In this document: piece by piece, positions 1-11,961 of the stretch
How the letters are laid out: every line of letters starts with the position of its first letter
How positions within the stretch are numbered: the first letter of the stretch is position 1
Assembly (NCBI GenBank): GCA_050613775.1
Contig: JBODTK010000012.1
Span: 186,001-250,000, forward strand
Reading direction: 5' to 3'
DNA from: Neocallimastix sp. 'constans'
Taxonomy: Eukaryota
Length of the DNA: 64,000 bases
Made by a program: the position numbers and the translations under genes
Notes under the pieces: model-generated
Database searches by the model: none
Seen by the model: only the letters and a program-made list of their open reading frames with translations
What the model was told of the DNA's origin: nothing

Positions 1-2671
1 GAAGCTAATAAACTAGACATAACTTCATCAGGAATACATTGATGATAGAGTTCATATCTAGTATCACAAGTACTACCTGGTTCACAACATTTTGGAGCAT
101 TAGGGAATATAGTACCACCACACATTTCAAAGACTCTTGCACACTTTATTGGTTCTGCGGCACCCGTAGTAGTTTCTTCCTCAACTGTAGTTGAATCTGG
201 AGTATCGGTAGTAGTAGCAATTGTAGTTGTAGTAGTAGTAGAGGTAGTGGTAGTAGTGGTGGTAGTAATAGTAGTTTCCTCTTGTTTTTTACAAGTGTAA
301 GGAATGGAACACCATTCTCCATTTTCGATACCCCAATCTTCTGAATCAGTGAAGACGACATCACATTTTTCACAACATTTATAACCGCTACCACTTGGAC
401 AAAGTTGAATATCGGTGATACCACACCATTCATTATTTTCAATACCATACCATTTCCCGGCACTCTGAGAAAAGTACTCTAATTTAGTATTCTTCAAGGT
501 ACAGCAACGGTAACCTAATTTTTCAGACCAACAGCCTTCAATGACCGGATTTTCAAAGAGACACCAATCTCCTCCTTCAATACCCCATTGACCAACAGCA
601 TCCGTGGTTTGGACAGTCGTCGTATCTAAAATGCAGCAGTTGTAACCAGAGTTACGACAACCACCATTCTTTTCTTCCAAGGTCACCGTATTAACTTCAT
701 ACTTGAAATCATTACCTAAATATTCCTGTGCGTAGGAGCAATCCAATTTATAGTTACTACAAATAAACTTGAATCGTTCAACGATCCAACGCTTCAAACC
801 AATAATACGATCATCATTGTAGTGATCGTCACTGGAATACTTACGAAGAATGTAAGTAGTGTATTCAGAATTATTTAAGAAATCCTCATAAGTGAAATAA
901 TCTTCAATCTTAAGGTTGACACGTTTTACTCTACCAGGAAGGTTACCACTTTCATCTGGAGTACGATCCTTTTTAACGTAAGGAGCAATGAATTCCTTTA
1001 ATTTATCGATACGTGGGAGGAGCTTTTTAGGATTGAAAGCCTTTCTCATGATTTCATCAAGATCCTTAATAAGTTCTTCATTTTCATCGTTTAGGTCGAG
1101 GATCTTGAAGAGAGGATTAGTGTCATCATAGATTTCTCGATTGAAGGTTCTTTCCGTCATAGAATCCTTGTAAGCACCAAAATCACTATCAAAATCGTAA
1201 AGTAAAGGAATCCACATATCATTACCGGAGGTGGTATCATGATACATGTAGAGACATTGATTATGAGCACTAGTAATATGATCCCAAGAACCTAATAAGT
1301 ATTTTAAGGCTTGCCATTTAATGAAGGTCTTCACATCAAAGAATTTTTCGAGTTCTTCTCGAGTTTGCGTTTGAGCTAAACGATCTTGGAAATTTTTGAA
1401 ATCTACATCATCGACAATTTCTTCATCATCGTTGATACAATTAAAGAATTTATTATTCCCGTATTCACCATCACAGGTGTAGAGATGTTTCGTCGATTTT
1501 TCTCCAAACTTTTCTTCAATCCATTGAGCCTTGAAAGCATCCCTTATGGCGAAGAGACCCATGTATTTATTGTTGAAGAAGACTTCAACAAAATTAGAGG
1601 AAAGAGAAGGTAACTCCACGACATTACAAATATCATAAGCCAACTTTTCTCTAAGGAAGGAAGGATCCACGGCTTCAGAACGTAAACGGATTTGTTTTCT
1701 ATCAAATAGCTTTCCCTTTTTCACCTTAATATTGTAACCTAACTTTTCGAAATTTTTAGTGTACTTTCCACCTACCGTAAAACGAATACTTGGAAGTTCA
1801 GTGACATCTCCATTGATGTCAAAAGTTAAACTGGCTTCATCGGTAGTATAATCTGGAATTTTTACAAAACCAAAACTTGTGGAGAGGACTTGTTCTAAGG
1901 TATAGTTCGTATAAGTTGTGAGGATATGTTCAAATTCGGATAAGGTAATATCAGTCTTTTGAGTAATTTCTAAATCCTTACTATCAGTAATCGTAGATTT
2001 TTTAATGATATCCTTATCAAGCGATTTTTTCATTAAGATATCATAATTAACCCAAGGGGCATGTAAACATTCTTCATTTCTAATAAGATATCTGACATTT
2101 AAATCACGTTCACATTGATACTTTAAGAAGAAAATATCATAATCTTCATCAGTGAAATTAATAGTAACTTTAGGAACTACAAAATCTGTTTTTTCGAAAA
2201 GTTCAGAACGAGAGATATCTCCGAAGAAGTCATCATTAGCTAAAGCACTTCCCACCACTATTTATTTATTTATTTATTTATTCATTTATTCATTCATTTT
2301 TTATACAAAAATATTAAAATAATTTTAATTTCATAGAGAAAAAAAAAAAAGATTTTTATTCAATGAATATAAAATAATAATAACAATTAAAATAGAAAAA
2401 AAAAGTTAAAATTAATATATTGATTTAAAGGTAGATCAAAAAAAAAAAAAAATAGTAATAACAATTTTACAAGATATTATATAATTTTATTTATTAACAT
2501 ATTTTAAAAATATATATATATATAATATTTAAAGATATATTAGTTTTACTTTGTTTAAAATTTTTTTTTGAAAAAAAAATTAAAAAAAAATTTTTTTAAG
2601 CATTATTATTTTACAATACAATTATTAATATACTTACATAAAGATAATAATGTAACAGTATTTATTTTCAT
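1..2671 (-). CDS. cotH: Secreted CotH-family kinase with three fungal dockerin (CBM10-like) modules, a Thr-rich linker and a CBM1-like module. Exons 2671-2638 and 2257-<1; the 3' end lies outside the window.
   Basis: Manual translation: MKINTVTLLSL, GT..AG intron 2637-2258, then LVGSALANDDFFGDISRSELFEKTDFVVPK...LGYNIKVKKGKLFDRKQIRLRSEAVDPSFLREKLAYDICN...YMGLFAIRDAFK (CotH-like). Cys-rich repeats GYNCC...WGIEGGDWC, GYRCC...WC and GYKCC...WGIENGEWC follow, then CARVFEMCGG...CCEPGSTC...YHQC. No stop occurs in the window, which is why the ORF track misses it. Confidence 0.9.
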
Positions 2672-2967
2672 CTTTAACTTTAAATAATTTTTTTAATTTA
2701 AATATTGAGTTAAATAATGATAATGTAAATTTTTTGTTATATATCTTTGTATTTATTTATTAAATAATCTATTTATATATATATATATTTTTTTTTCTTT
2801 TTCTAAAAAATATATATATAATATTTTAATGTTTTATTTTTATTTGGTTTAGATTTATTTTTTTATTTTATTTTATTAATTTTTGTTTATTTTATTTATT
2901 TATTTTATTTATTTATTTATTATTTATTTATTTATTATTTATTTATTTATTATTTATTTATTTATAT

Positions 2968-3170
2968 TTTTATTTTTGTTCTTATTTTATTTTTGTTCTT
3001 ATTTTATTTTTGTTCTTATTTTATTTTTGTTCTTATAATATTTTTGTTCTTATATTATTTTTGTTCTTATATTATTTTTGTTCTTATTTTATTTTTGTTC
3101 TTATAATATTTTTGTTCTTATATTATTTTTGTTCTTATATTATTTTTGTTCTTATATTATTTTTGTTATT
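2968..3170. repeat. Minisatellite of TTTTTGTTCTTA(T/A)-based units, about 17-20 bp
   Basis: About ten tandem copies of tttttgttctta with variable spacers are visible directly. Confidence 0.8.
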
Positions 3171-4108
3171 ATTTTTATTTTTTATAATATTCAATATTAT
3201 AATTAAATATTTTTATTATTTTCTTAAATATTATTTTATATTATTTTATATTTTTTCAGAAGTTCTATACTATATATATTAACATTGTTATTTTTTTACA
3301 ATAAAATATATATATATATATATATATTTTTTTTTTTTTAAAATATAAAATATTTCTTTTTTTTTTTTTTTTTTTTTATCTTTATATATATAAAGATAAA
3401 TAAAATATTTTATTATTGATTTTAAATTATTTTAAATTATAATATTTATTTTAAAGTAAAGATAAAAAAAATGTGTTTTTTCAAAAAATAGAAAAATTAT
3501 GGGTTTTTATATAAGTTTTTTTTTTTTTTATACATATATTTTAACTTTAATTTCATTTTAATTAAATAAAAAAAAAATTTTTTTTTCAATTATTTAAAAT
3601 TTATAATTTTTTAATTATTCTTGATTGTTTTCCAAAAATAAAGTTTTTGTGTAATACAGAAAAAAAAAATAAATAATAAAAAGATTATTTAATAATATTT
3701 AATTGAATAATGGAATAATAAATAATAAATAATGGAATAATGGAATAATGAAATAATAAATATTGAATAAATAAATTGTTTTATTTATTATTATGATCTT
3801 AATAATTATTTATAATTAATAAATAAAACAAGTTTAAATTGTATATAGATAATCTTTTCATAATATATGTAATGAAATAGGAAAAAGGACTGGCTATCTC
3901 ATTTTTTTTTCATTCCTTCATTCCTTCATTTGACCATTCATATTTCAAAATTTATCTCATTCAATTTAATATTAAATAAACTTTTTTTTTTTTTCTTGGA
4001 CTATTTTTTAATAAATTTATTTACTTTCTTTATTTAATTAAAATTTTTTTTTTTTTTTTTGAAATTTCATTTAAACCTTTTTTTTTTTGATATTTTATTT
4101 TTAATTTC

Positions 4109-4576
4109 GCCATGTTGGTCCAGTCGGTTAGGACGATACAGGTTACTGTAGAGGGCGGGGTTCGAATCCTCGGCATGGCACCAAATAATCGGATGAGGTT
4201 TCTATCCTGGGATATCATGAGACCACACGTGATGTCCATAAGGCTTTCCCTCAGAGGATTATTTCACCCAACCCTGATACTACGCTTTGAATTGAAGCAT
4301 AGACCTTGATGATTGTAAAATTTCCAATCGCCAATGATTACACCCACTAGGGAGGAGTTAATGGTTCCGTTCTGATGCTCGTGGTCATTAGAGATATATG
4401 TAGGAACGTTAGGAATGCATCTCCGGGCAGTGTGTAACGACGATTGAGAGCGGCGAAGCTGATACAGTATGCCAATAACTCATCACCTTACAGTTAATTA
4501 ATAACTGTATGGCCATATGGGAGATGGGTACCCATATGTGCAAGTCTATGTTTTTTTTTTTTTTTTTTTTTTTTTT
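4109..4576 (+). mobile_element. tRNA-derived SINE-like element: tRNA head 4109-4183 ending in CCA, structured GC-rich body, oligo(T) tail, 16-bp TSD
   Basis: Head has acceptor stem GCCATGT/GCATGGC+ACCA, A box TGGTCCAGTCGG, B box GGTTCGAATCC and a degenerate anticodon arm. T-run at 4551-4576. Direct repeat TTTTATTTTTAATTTC at 4093-4108 and 4573-4588. Confidence 0.75.
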
Positions 4577-6019
4577 ATTTTTAATTTCATATTTTTTGAT
4601 TTTAATTTAATTTGATTTTTTTTATTTTATTGATTAAAGTTTATAATTATTTAATTTAATTAAATTTAATCTTATTAAATAAATAAAAATTTTTATAATA
4701 TAAATAAAGTTTTTAAAAAAATAAAATTTGTTTTTGAATCAGAAAAAAAAGTTTAATTTTAATGAAATGAAATAAAAATAAAATAAAAAAAACTGAATTA
4801 TATAATATATATATATTATAAGAAAATGAACTACAAAAAAAAAAAAAAAAAGAAATAAAATAATTAAAATAATTAAAATAATAAAATGAAATAAAATAAC
4901 ATAAAACTATAAAATTATGTAAAATATAGCTTAATATTATCCCATTTTAAACTAATAAAAATTAAAATATAAATAAATTAATTTAAAGAATAATAATAAT
5001 AATAATAATAATTTTTATTATTATATAGAAAAAAAAAGATAATTTAAAATATAAAAGAAATATAAAAGAAACAAAAAAAAAAAAAAAAAAGAATAGAACC
5101 AATTAAAATTTTACAGAAATTTTAGAAAAAGTAATTTGAAAATCGACATAAAAAAAATGAAAGGAAGGAAGCAAGGAAAAGAAAACATAATAAATATAAA
5201 ATAATAATTAAATAATCTTTCTAATTTTAATAATAATTATATATTATCTTTAAAAAGTGTATATATGTACTGCTTTATACTTTCTATAATAATACATATA
5301 TAAATATATATATAAATATATTATTATTTAAAAAATAAAAATAAAAATTACATATTAAGAACTGAAAAAAAAAAAAAAAATTGGATAAAAAATTTAAAAA
5401 AAAAAAATAGATAAAAAATTTTTTAAAATTTTTTTCTATATTATTTTCAATTCAAAACAAATTGTGTCAGCTTCAATAGACAATATTAAAAGAATTATTA
5501 AAAAAAAAATTAAAAAAAAATTACTTTTTATTAAATAAAAAATTTTATAAATAAACAAATTATAAATAAATAAAATTTCCATTAAAATTTTATTCTATAA
5601 ATAATTGACAATTTATAAAAATTTTTAAAAAATTAAAAATCAATTAAATAATTATAGATAAAAAATAAAAAAAATAAAAAAAATAAAAAAATAAGAAAAT
5701 AAAAAGGTTAGATATATATTATTAAATATTAATATTAATAATTATTATAATAATTAATAAAAACTCTCTCTAAACTTCTTTTTTTTTATTTCACTTTAAA
5801 AAAAGAAAAATAAAGCATATTATTTCATTGAATAAATATTAAAATAAATATATAAACACTTTAGTATTTCAATTTAGAAGAAAAATTTCTTTAATTTCCT
5901 ATTTTAAAATTATATTTATTTATTTATTTAATATTTAATATTTAATATTTATTTATTTATTTTTATTTATTTATTTATTTATTTAATATTTAATATTTAT
6001 TATTTATTTATTTATTTTT

Positions 6020-6250
6020 ATTTATTTATTTATTTTGAACTTTAAATATATTTAAAAAAAAATTTTAATTTTTAATTTTAATTTTTTGTTTTTTAAATCA
6101 AAAAGTTTCAGATGAAGTAACCAATAAAAATGACAGAAATTAAAAAAAATCAAATTAATTGAAAATTAAAAAAAAAATTAAAATTAAAAATTAAAATTTT
6201 TTTTTTTAAATATATTTAAAGTTCGAAATAAATAAATAAATAAATAAATA
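6020..6250. repeat. AT-rich inverted repeat, extended outward by (TTTA)n/(TAAA)n
   Basis: ttttgaactttaaatatatttaaaaaaaaattttaattttt at about 6033-6075 recurs as its reverse complement at about 6186-6230. Confidence 0.6.
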
Positions 6251-6280
6251 ATAAATAATAAATAAATAAATAATAAATAA

Positions 6281-6315
<35 letters not shown>

Positions 6316-7565
6316 ATGAAATATTGATTTTAATATTGAATTATATGTAAAAGAAAAATAAAAAAGAGAAACTAAAAAAAAAAAAAAAATAGTAATTAAT
6401 ACTTTTCCATCAAATATGAAATATGGAAATGAAAAGAAAATAGTATAAAAAGTTATAAAATATAAAGAAAATTAAAAAAATAAAAATTGAATATAATAAA
6501 AAAAAAAAAATAAAAAAAAAAATAAAAATAAAATGAAAAGATTTATTTATATACAGAAACATTTAATTAAATATTAAAACATTTAGAAAATTTAAATTTT
6601 AAAAGAAAAAAAAAAAAGTAAAAATATTATATTAAATTTTATTTATTTTTTTATTTAATAAAAATAATAATAAGAGTTTTAATTAGTTAATAATTTATTT
6701 ATTTATTTATTTAAGAAACACTCTTATAATTATAAATATAAATAATATAAAATATTGAAATATGAAATAACGATATTAATTAAATTAATTGAGTGTAATT
6801 ATAATATTATAAATAATAAATAAATTAAATAGACATAAGAAAAATTGAAAAAATTTAAAGTTCTACTTTAAAAAATTTTTTTCTTTCTTTCAAATAATAA
6901 TAATAGAAAGTGTTTCAATCATTAAATAAAAAAAATTAAAAAAATAAAAACTTTATAATAATCTTTTTATTATTTTTATTTAATTATTTATTATTATTTA
7001 TTATGTATTATTTAAGTATTTATTATTTACTTATTATAAATCTATATATAATAATAATAAAGGTGTAAGCAATTTATATGTTTGTATATATAAAATAAAA
7101 AAAAGTTCTAATTTCTAATTACTACATATAGATATCAACATAAAAAAAAATTATATTTCATTTTTCATATTTACATTAACTAATTGATAATTTAATAGTA
7201 ATATAATCAAATAATTTATGTATTTATTTATTTATTCAATTATTTATTTTTAAATATTTTTTTTTTTTTTGATATGTAGTTATCTATTTAGTTTTATATT
7301 ATTTAATTCTTTTCTAATGATTTAATTATCCGTTATTTATTTATTTTATTCTCTACCAATTATTTAGCTGTCTGTTATTTATTTAATTCACTATTATATA
7401 TTTATTTATTTTTTTTTACTGTAACAGAAACTATAAATTTATTTATAATAATAATAATAAGAAAAATTAATAATTTTTTTTTTGATTCATTAATTAATAG
7501 ATATAACAGAAACTGTTTTAAATTGATGTCGATCTGATTTTCATAATTATTCTTTACTTATAATA

Positions 7566-7567
<2 letters not shown>

Positions 7568-7651
<84 letters not shown>

Positions 7652-7940
7652 ATAAAAAGAAAAATTAAAAAAAAAAAAAATTTTTTTTTTCTTGAAATAT
7701 TATCTAAATTTATTAAACAGAATTTGATATTTTAATATTAGTTTTAGGAATATGATTAATTATTAATTATTAATTATTAATTATATCATTTATTATTATT
7801 ATTTATTATTATTATTTATTATTATTATTTATTATTATTATTTATTATTATTATTTATTATTATTATTATTTATTATTATTATTATTTATTATTATTATT
7901 ATTTATTATTATTATTATTTATTATTATTATTATTTATTA
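7568..7940. repeat. (AAT)n microsatellite at 7568-7650 and (TTA)n-derived microsatellite at 7790-7940
   Basis: Visible directly. Confidence 0.9.
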
Positions 7941-8542
7941 TGTTTATTATAAAAAATAAAATTATGTTTACATAAATGAAATAATTCATATGTATGGAAT
8001 AATTCACTATATATTAAAAAATAAATTTTTGATATGTTGTATTCATTCTGGAATAATTTATCTTCTTTACTCAAGCATCTCTATCAAATAATAATAATAA
8101 TAATAAAAAGAAATAAAATAAAAATAGAAAAAAAGGTATGATAGAAAAATAAAAATAAAAATAAAAATAAATATATATATATAATATATATAATAAAAAA
8201 ATAAAAATAATTAATGGAAAATAAAAAACATTTTAATAATAAATAAGAATAAAATTATTATTACTATTATTATTGTTATTATTTATTTATTTATTTATTA
8301 TTATTTATAAGTTAGTTAATTTCATAAAAAAAATAAATTTAAATTAAAGAAAAAAAAAATTTTTTTTTTAGTTATATTAATTTTATTTTTTGTTCTTTCT
8401 TTTATTTTGTACTTTTAAATTTATTTTTGTATATTTTTTTTTTTTTATTTCCTTTCAATGGAATACAAAAAAAAATAAATAAATAAAAAATAAATAAAAA
8501 AAATTAATTAAAAAAGATGAAAGGACAAAATTAAATAAATAT

Positions 8543-8580
<38 letters not shown>

Positions 8581-8829
8581 AATAAAAGTACAAAATAAAA
8601 GAAAGTACAAAAGTACAAAATAAAACACAAACAATATAATAATAATAATAATAAAAATTATAATAAGTTAAGATAAAATAATAAAATTGTTTAATAGGAA
8701 TAATAAAACTCGATATTTTTTTTAAAAAATAAAATATAATTTGAAAATAAATTATTAATTTAATATTTAATATTATTAATTATTTATTATTATTTAATTA
8801 TTTTTAATTTATTATTTATTATTTATTAT

Positions 8830-10930
8830 TTATTTGCAATTTTCATGTTTTCCCATGCTTCTCAAGTGCATTGGTAGTGTCCGACAAACTTTTCCATATG
8901 TATTTCGTCATAAGATTTACTGGCATTTTCAATTGTTCTTATAGCTAAATCATAAGGTTATTGATTTTCTCTTCCGTATATACTAATTCAAAGCTTGAAT
9001 GACCTGGGAGGTTCTATTCTTAGTAGTGGTTTGAAGGGCCCATAGAGCAGAAGACAGAACCTCATCCCAAATCTTGATTTTTCTTTCCAGGTAGGCAGGC
9101 GAAGCAATTTTCACATCTCTTTATTTCGGGTTTTCTGGTAAGACTGTTTGTTTCAGGGTGGTAAGTAACGATGAATATTTATATAAACATCGTAAAGGTC
9201 AAGAAAGTTTTTTGTCATATCTGAAGTGAATTGGACTCCATTATTGGTGGTAATAACTTGGGGCACTCTGGTAAGTCTCATAGTATCCTTCGTAACCAAT
9301 ATTATGAGCTTCTAATATTAATTTGATTTTTTTTTTTTTTTTTTATTTTATTTTCATCTTTAAATTAGTTTTCTGTAATTTCTATTTCTATTATCAATAA
9401 AGAAATTTTTTCCCTCAATAACTGTAAACTTTTCGTTGATAAATTCTTTGATAACTTTAGATAACAATTCTTCGTTATTTCCATTGGTGATTTTTGTTAC
9501 TAAGACTTTCCGATCTTCCTTACTTTTCATTCTTGAGAGCGCATCAGCTAAAACGTTCGTTTTACCGGATTCATATTTTATATTAATTCCAAGCATACTA
9601 ACAGTTAGTTATCATTAGTTACTATCTTGTTTGTCTTGTATTCAAAGGTTCTTTATTCTTAATTAAACCAACTAATGGTTTATGATCCGTATAAATGGTT
9701 GTAGGTATGGAATTTCCTCCAATAAAGGATTAAAATTAAGTCATACGTTAAAACAAAGTGGTTCCTTCCAAATCAGGGATATCATAATTATTTTCAGTTT
9801 TCTTTAAACTTCTACTTATAAAGTGTATTGGATGTTCCTTATCGGTTTCTTCTTCTTTTTATAAGAGAACTCCACCAATTCCATTATAAGAAGCGTCAGT
9901 TCTAACGATAAAAGATTTGTCAAATAAAAGAAATTTTAGAATAGGTGCATTAATTGATTTTTCTTTTTAAGAGTTCGAAACTTTCTTGTTGTTCTTTATT
10001 CCATTCATACTTGGTATTTTCTTTTTCAATAATTTATATTAGGTTGAGATAATTTGAGCATACACCTAGAAATAAAATCACTGTAATATCCTAATACGTC
10101 AATTTCAGTTTGTAGAAAATGGTACTTTTCGATATTAATTTTTAACTTGTTCTCTTTAAATACTTCTAAGACTTGTTTAATATGAATTAAGTGTTTTTTA
10201 ATACTTTTGGAGTAGATTAAAAAGTTTCAATAAAGACATAAACAAATATACTAATCAAAGAGAATAGAATTTTGTTCATTTAGTTATTTTTAAACGATTT
10301 CTTCATTAATTAAAATTTGATCGGAACCAGAAAATAAATCAAAAGTTTGTAAATATTTTGACACCTCTAAGACTATCAAAAAAATTTTTTATCTATATAG
10401 AGAACTGAATAGGAATCTTTCTCTATTCATATCGTTGACTTTTCGGTAGTCAATGCACAAACGCCACTTTCCATTGTGTTTGGGAATAAGAACTAATGGA
10501 GATGACCATTCTGAGCAAGATGGCTCTATTAATCCTTTTCTTAAATAAGTTTCGTAAGTTCTTCTTTTAATATATCTGATTTTAACTTTGTTAAACCTAT
10601 AACTTCTTAATTTTACTGGTTTTACATCATCTTATGAAACAGATCTTATGTGGTGAGAGTTTAGAAGGAGTTAATTCTTCTGTTGATGTAGCAACAATGT
10701 CGATCCTTTCTTTTAATATTTTAATAATTTGTTCTTTATAATTTTTCATTTAAGGTATTTAAGTATTTCCTTGCTTTCAATGTATTCCATTGGTGTTAAT
10801 TCTTCTTCTTTTTCATTCTTCTTTTCTTCAACTTTTCTTATAATACAGATGAAACTTTCTTCATAGTATTGATTATTTACTTTAGCAATTACTTTGAATT
10901 CAGTATCTAACAAAAGTTTACATAAACTAT
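8830..10930 (-). pseudogene. Degenerate Ty3/Gypsy pol remnant (RT, RNase H, integrase)
   Basis: Minus-strand fragments WSSPLVLIPKHNGKWRLCIDYRKVN (RT), FIVRTDASYNGIGGVL and IYTDHKPL (RNase H), IKYESGKTNVLADALSRM, and PQVITTNNGVQFTS (integrase), with many stops and frameshifts. Confidence 0.85.
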
Positions 10931-11961
10931 TTGGGGTTGGATTCTGTATAATTTAATTACTAATTTTATTAATAATAATTAGTAACATAAAAATTAAAGA
11001 TTTGATCTATATAAAAATATTAATTTATTATTTAGAACCTAAATAATTAAAAATTATTTTTTTTTAAATATTTAAAGTCTAATATCTCGCATTCTAGTGG
11101 TTCAATGGAGTTGAAATTAATATATGTTATAGATCTCGATCGTAGCTTTTTAATGTATTTAAATGTGACGAGAAAATTACAGTGTAATATTTCCATTATT
11201 TGCCGAGTTATCATTATTTGAGAAAAGTATGTGTGTTTTTTATAATAAACTTTATTTATTTTTGTATTTATTTAATACATAAATTTTATTAATGTAAAGA
11301 ACTCATTTTTTTAAGATAATAAAAATAATTATTTTTTATAGTAAAAATTACATATTTAATCATGTGATAATTCTATGAATTAATACACATAGATAAATGT
11401 TACACAACATAAAAATATAAGAATAAAATATTAATATAAGAATATAATATTGATAATAATATAAGAATATAAAAGAATAATATTAATAATATAAAATAAA
11501 ATGTGATTATTTTAACATTAATTAATCGGTATATCGATGATTATTTTTATTTTTATTATTTATTATTATTTATTATTATTTATTATTTATTATTATTATT
11601 ATTTTTTAATATATGGATGCCAATTATTGGATGTTGTATTTTTTACATTATTCTATTTTATTTTATTTTATTATTTTTTAATATATTTTAAATATTTGAA
11701 ATGTTAAACCAATTAGTATTCAATGTTGTTTTCAAAAATAAAAATAAGAAGTTTTTTAAATTTAGTTATTGGTTTTAAAAAAGGTTTTTTGAAAAAGGTT
11801 TTTTAACCTATTTATTTATTTAATTATATTATTACATTCATTTATTTCAAAATATATATTAAAAAATTCATAATGTATTTACTGAATATATAAAAAAAAA
11901 TTTTTTTTTATTTCTAAAATTATATAAATTATTTTATAAAATTAAATTATATAAATAATTA

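Noticed and set aside
146..463. 105-aa ORF from the track, and also the ORF at 1386-1613
   Set aside because: These are alternative-frame or antisense shadows of the CotH gene.
3010..3282. Hydrophobic 90-aa ORF, and similar ORFs at 11503-11691, 12518-12709, 14790-15059 and 36118-36396
   Set aside because: They are translations of minisatellites or low-complexity DNA, or shadows of retroelement ORFs.
4265..4278. CACCCAACCCTGA as a telomerase RNA template
   Set aside because: It does not match the CTAACCCT needed for TTAGGG, no U-rich pseudoknot is evident, and the TSD favours a retroposed element.
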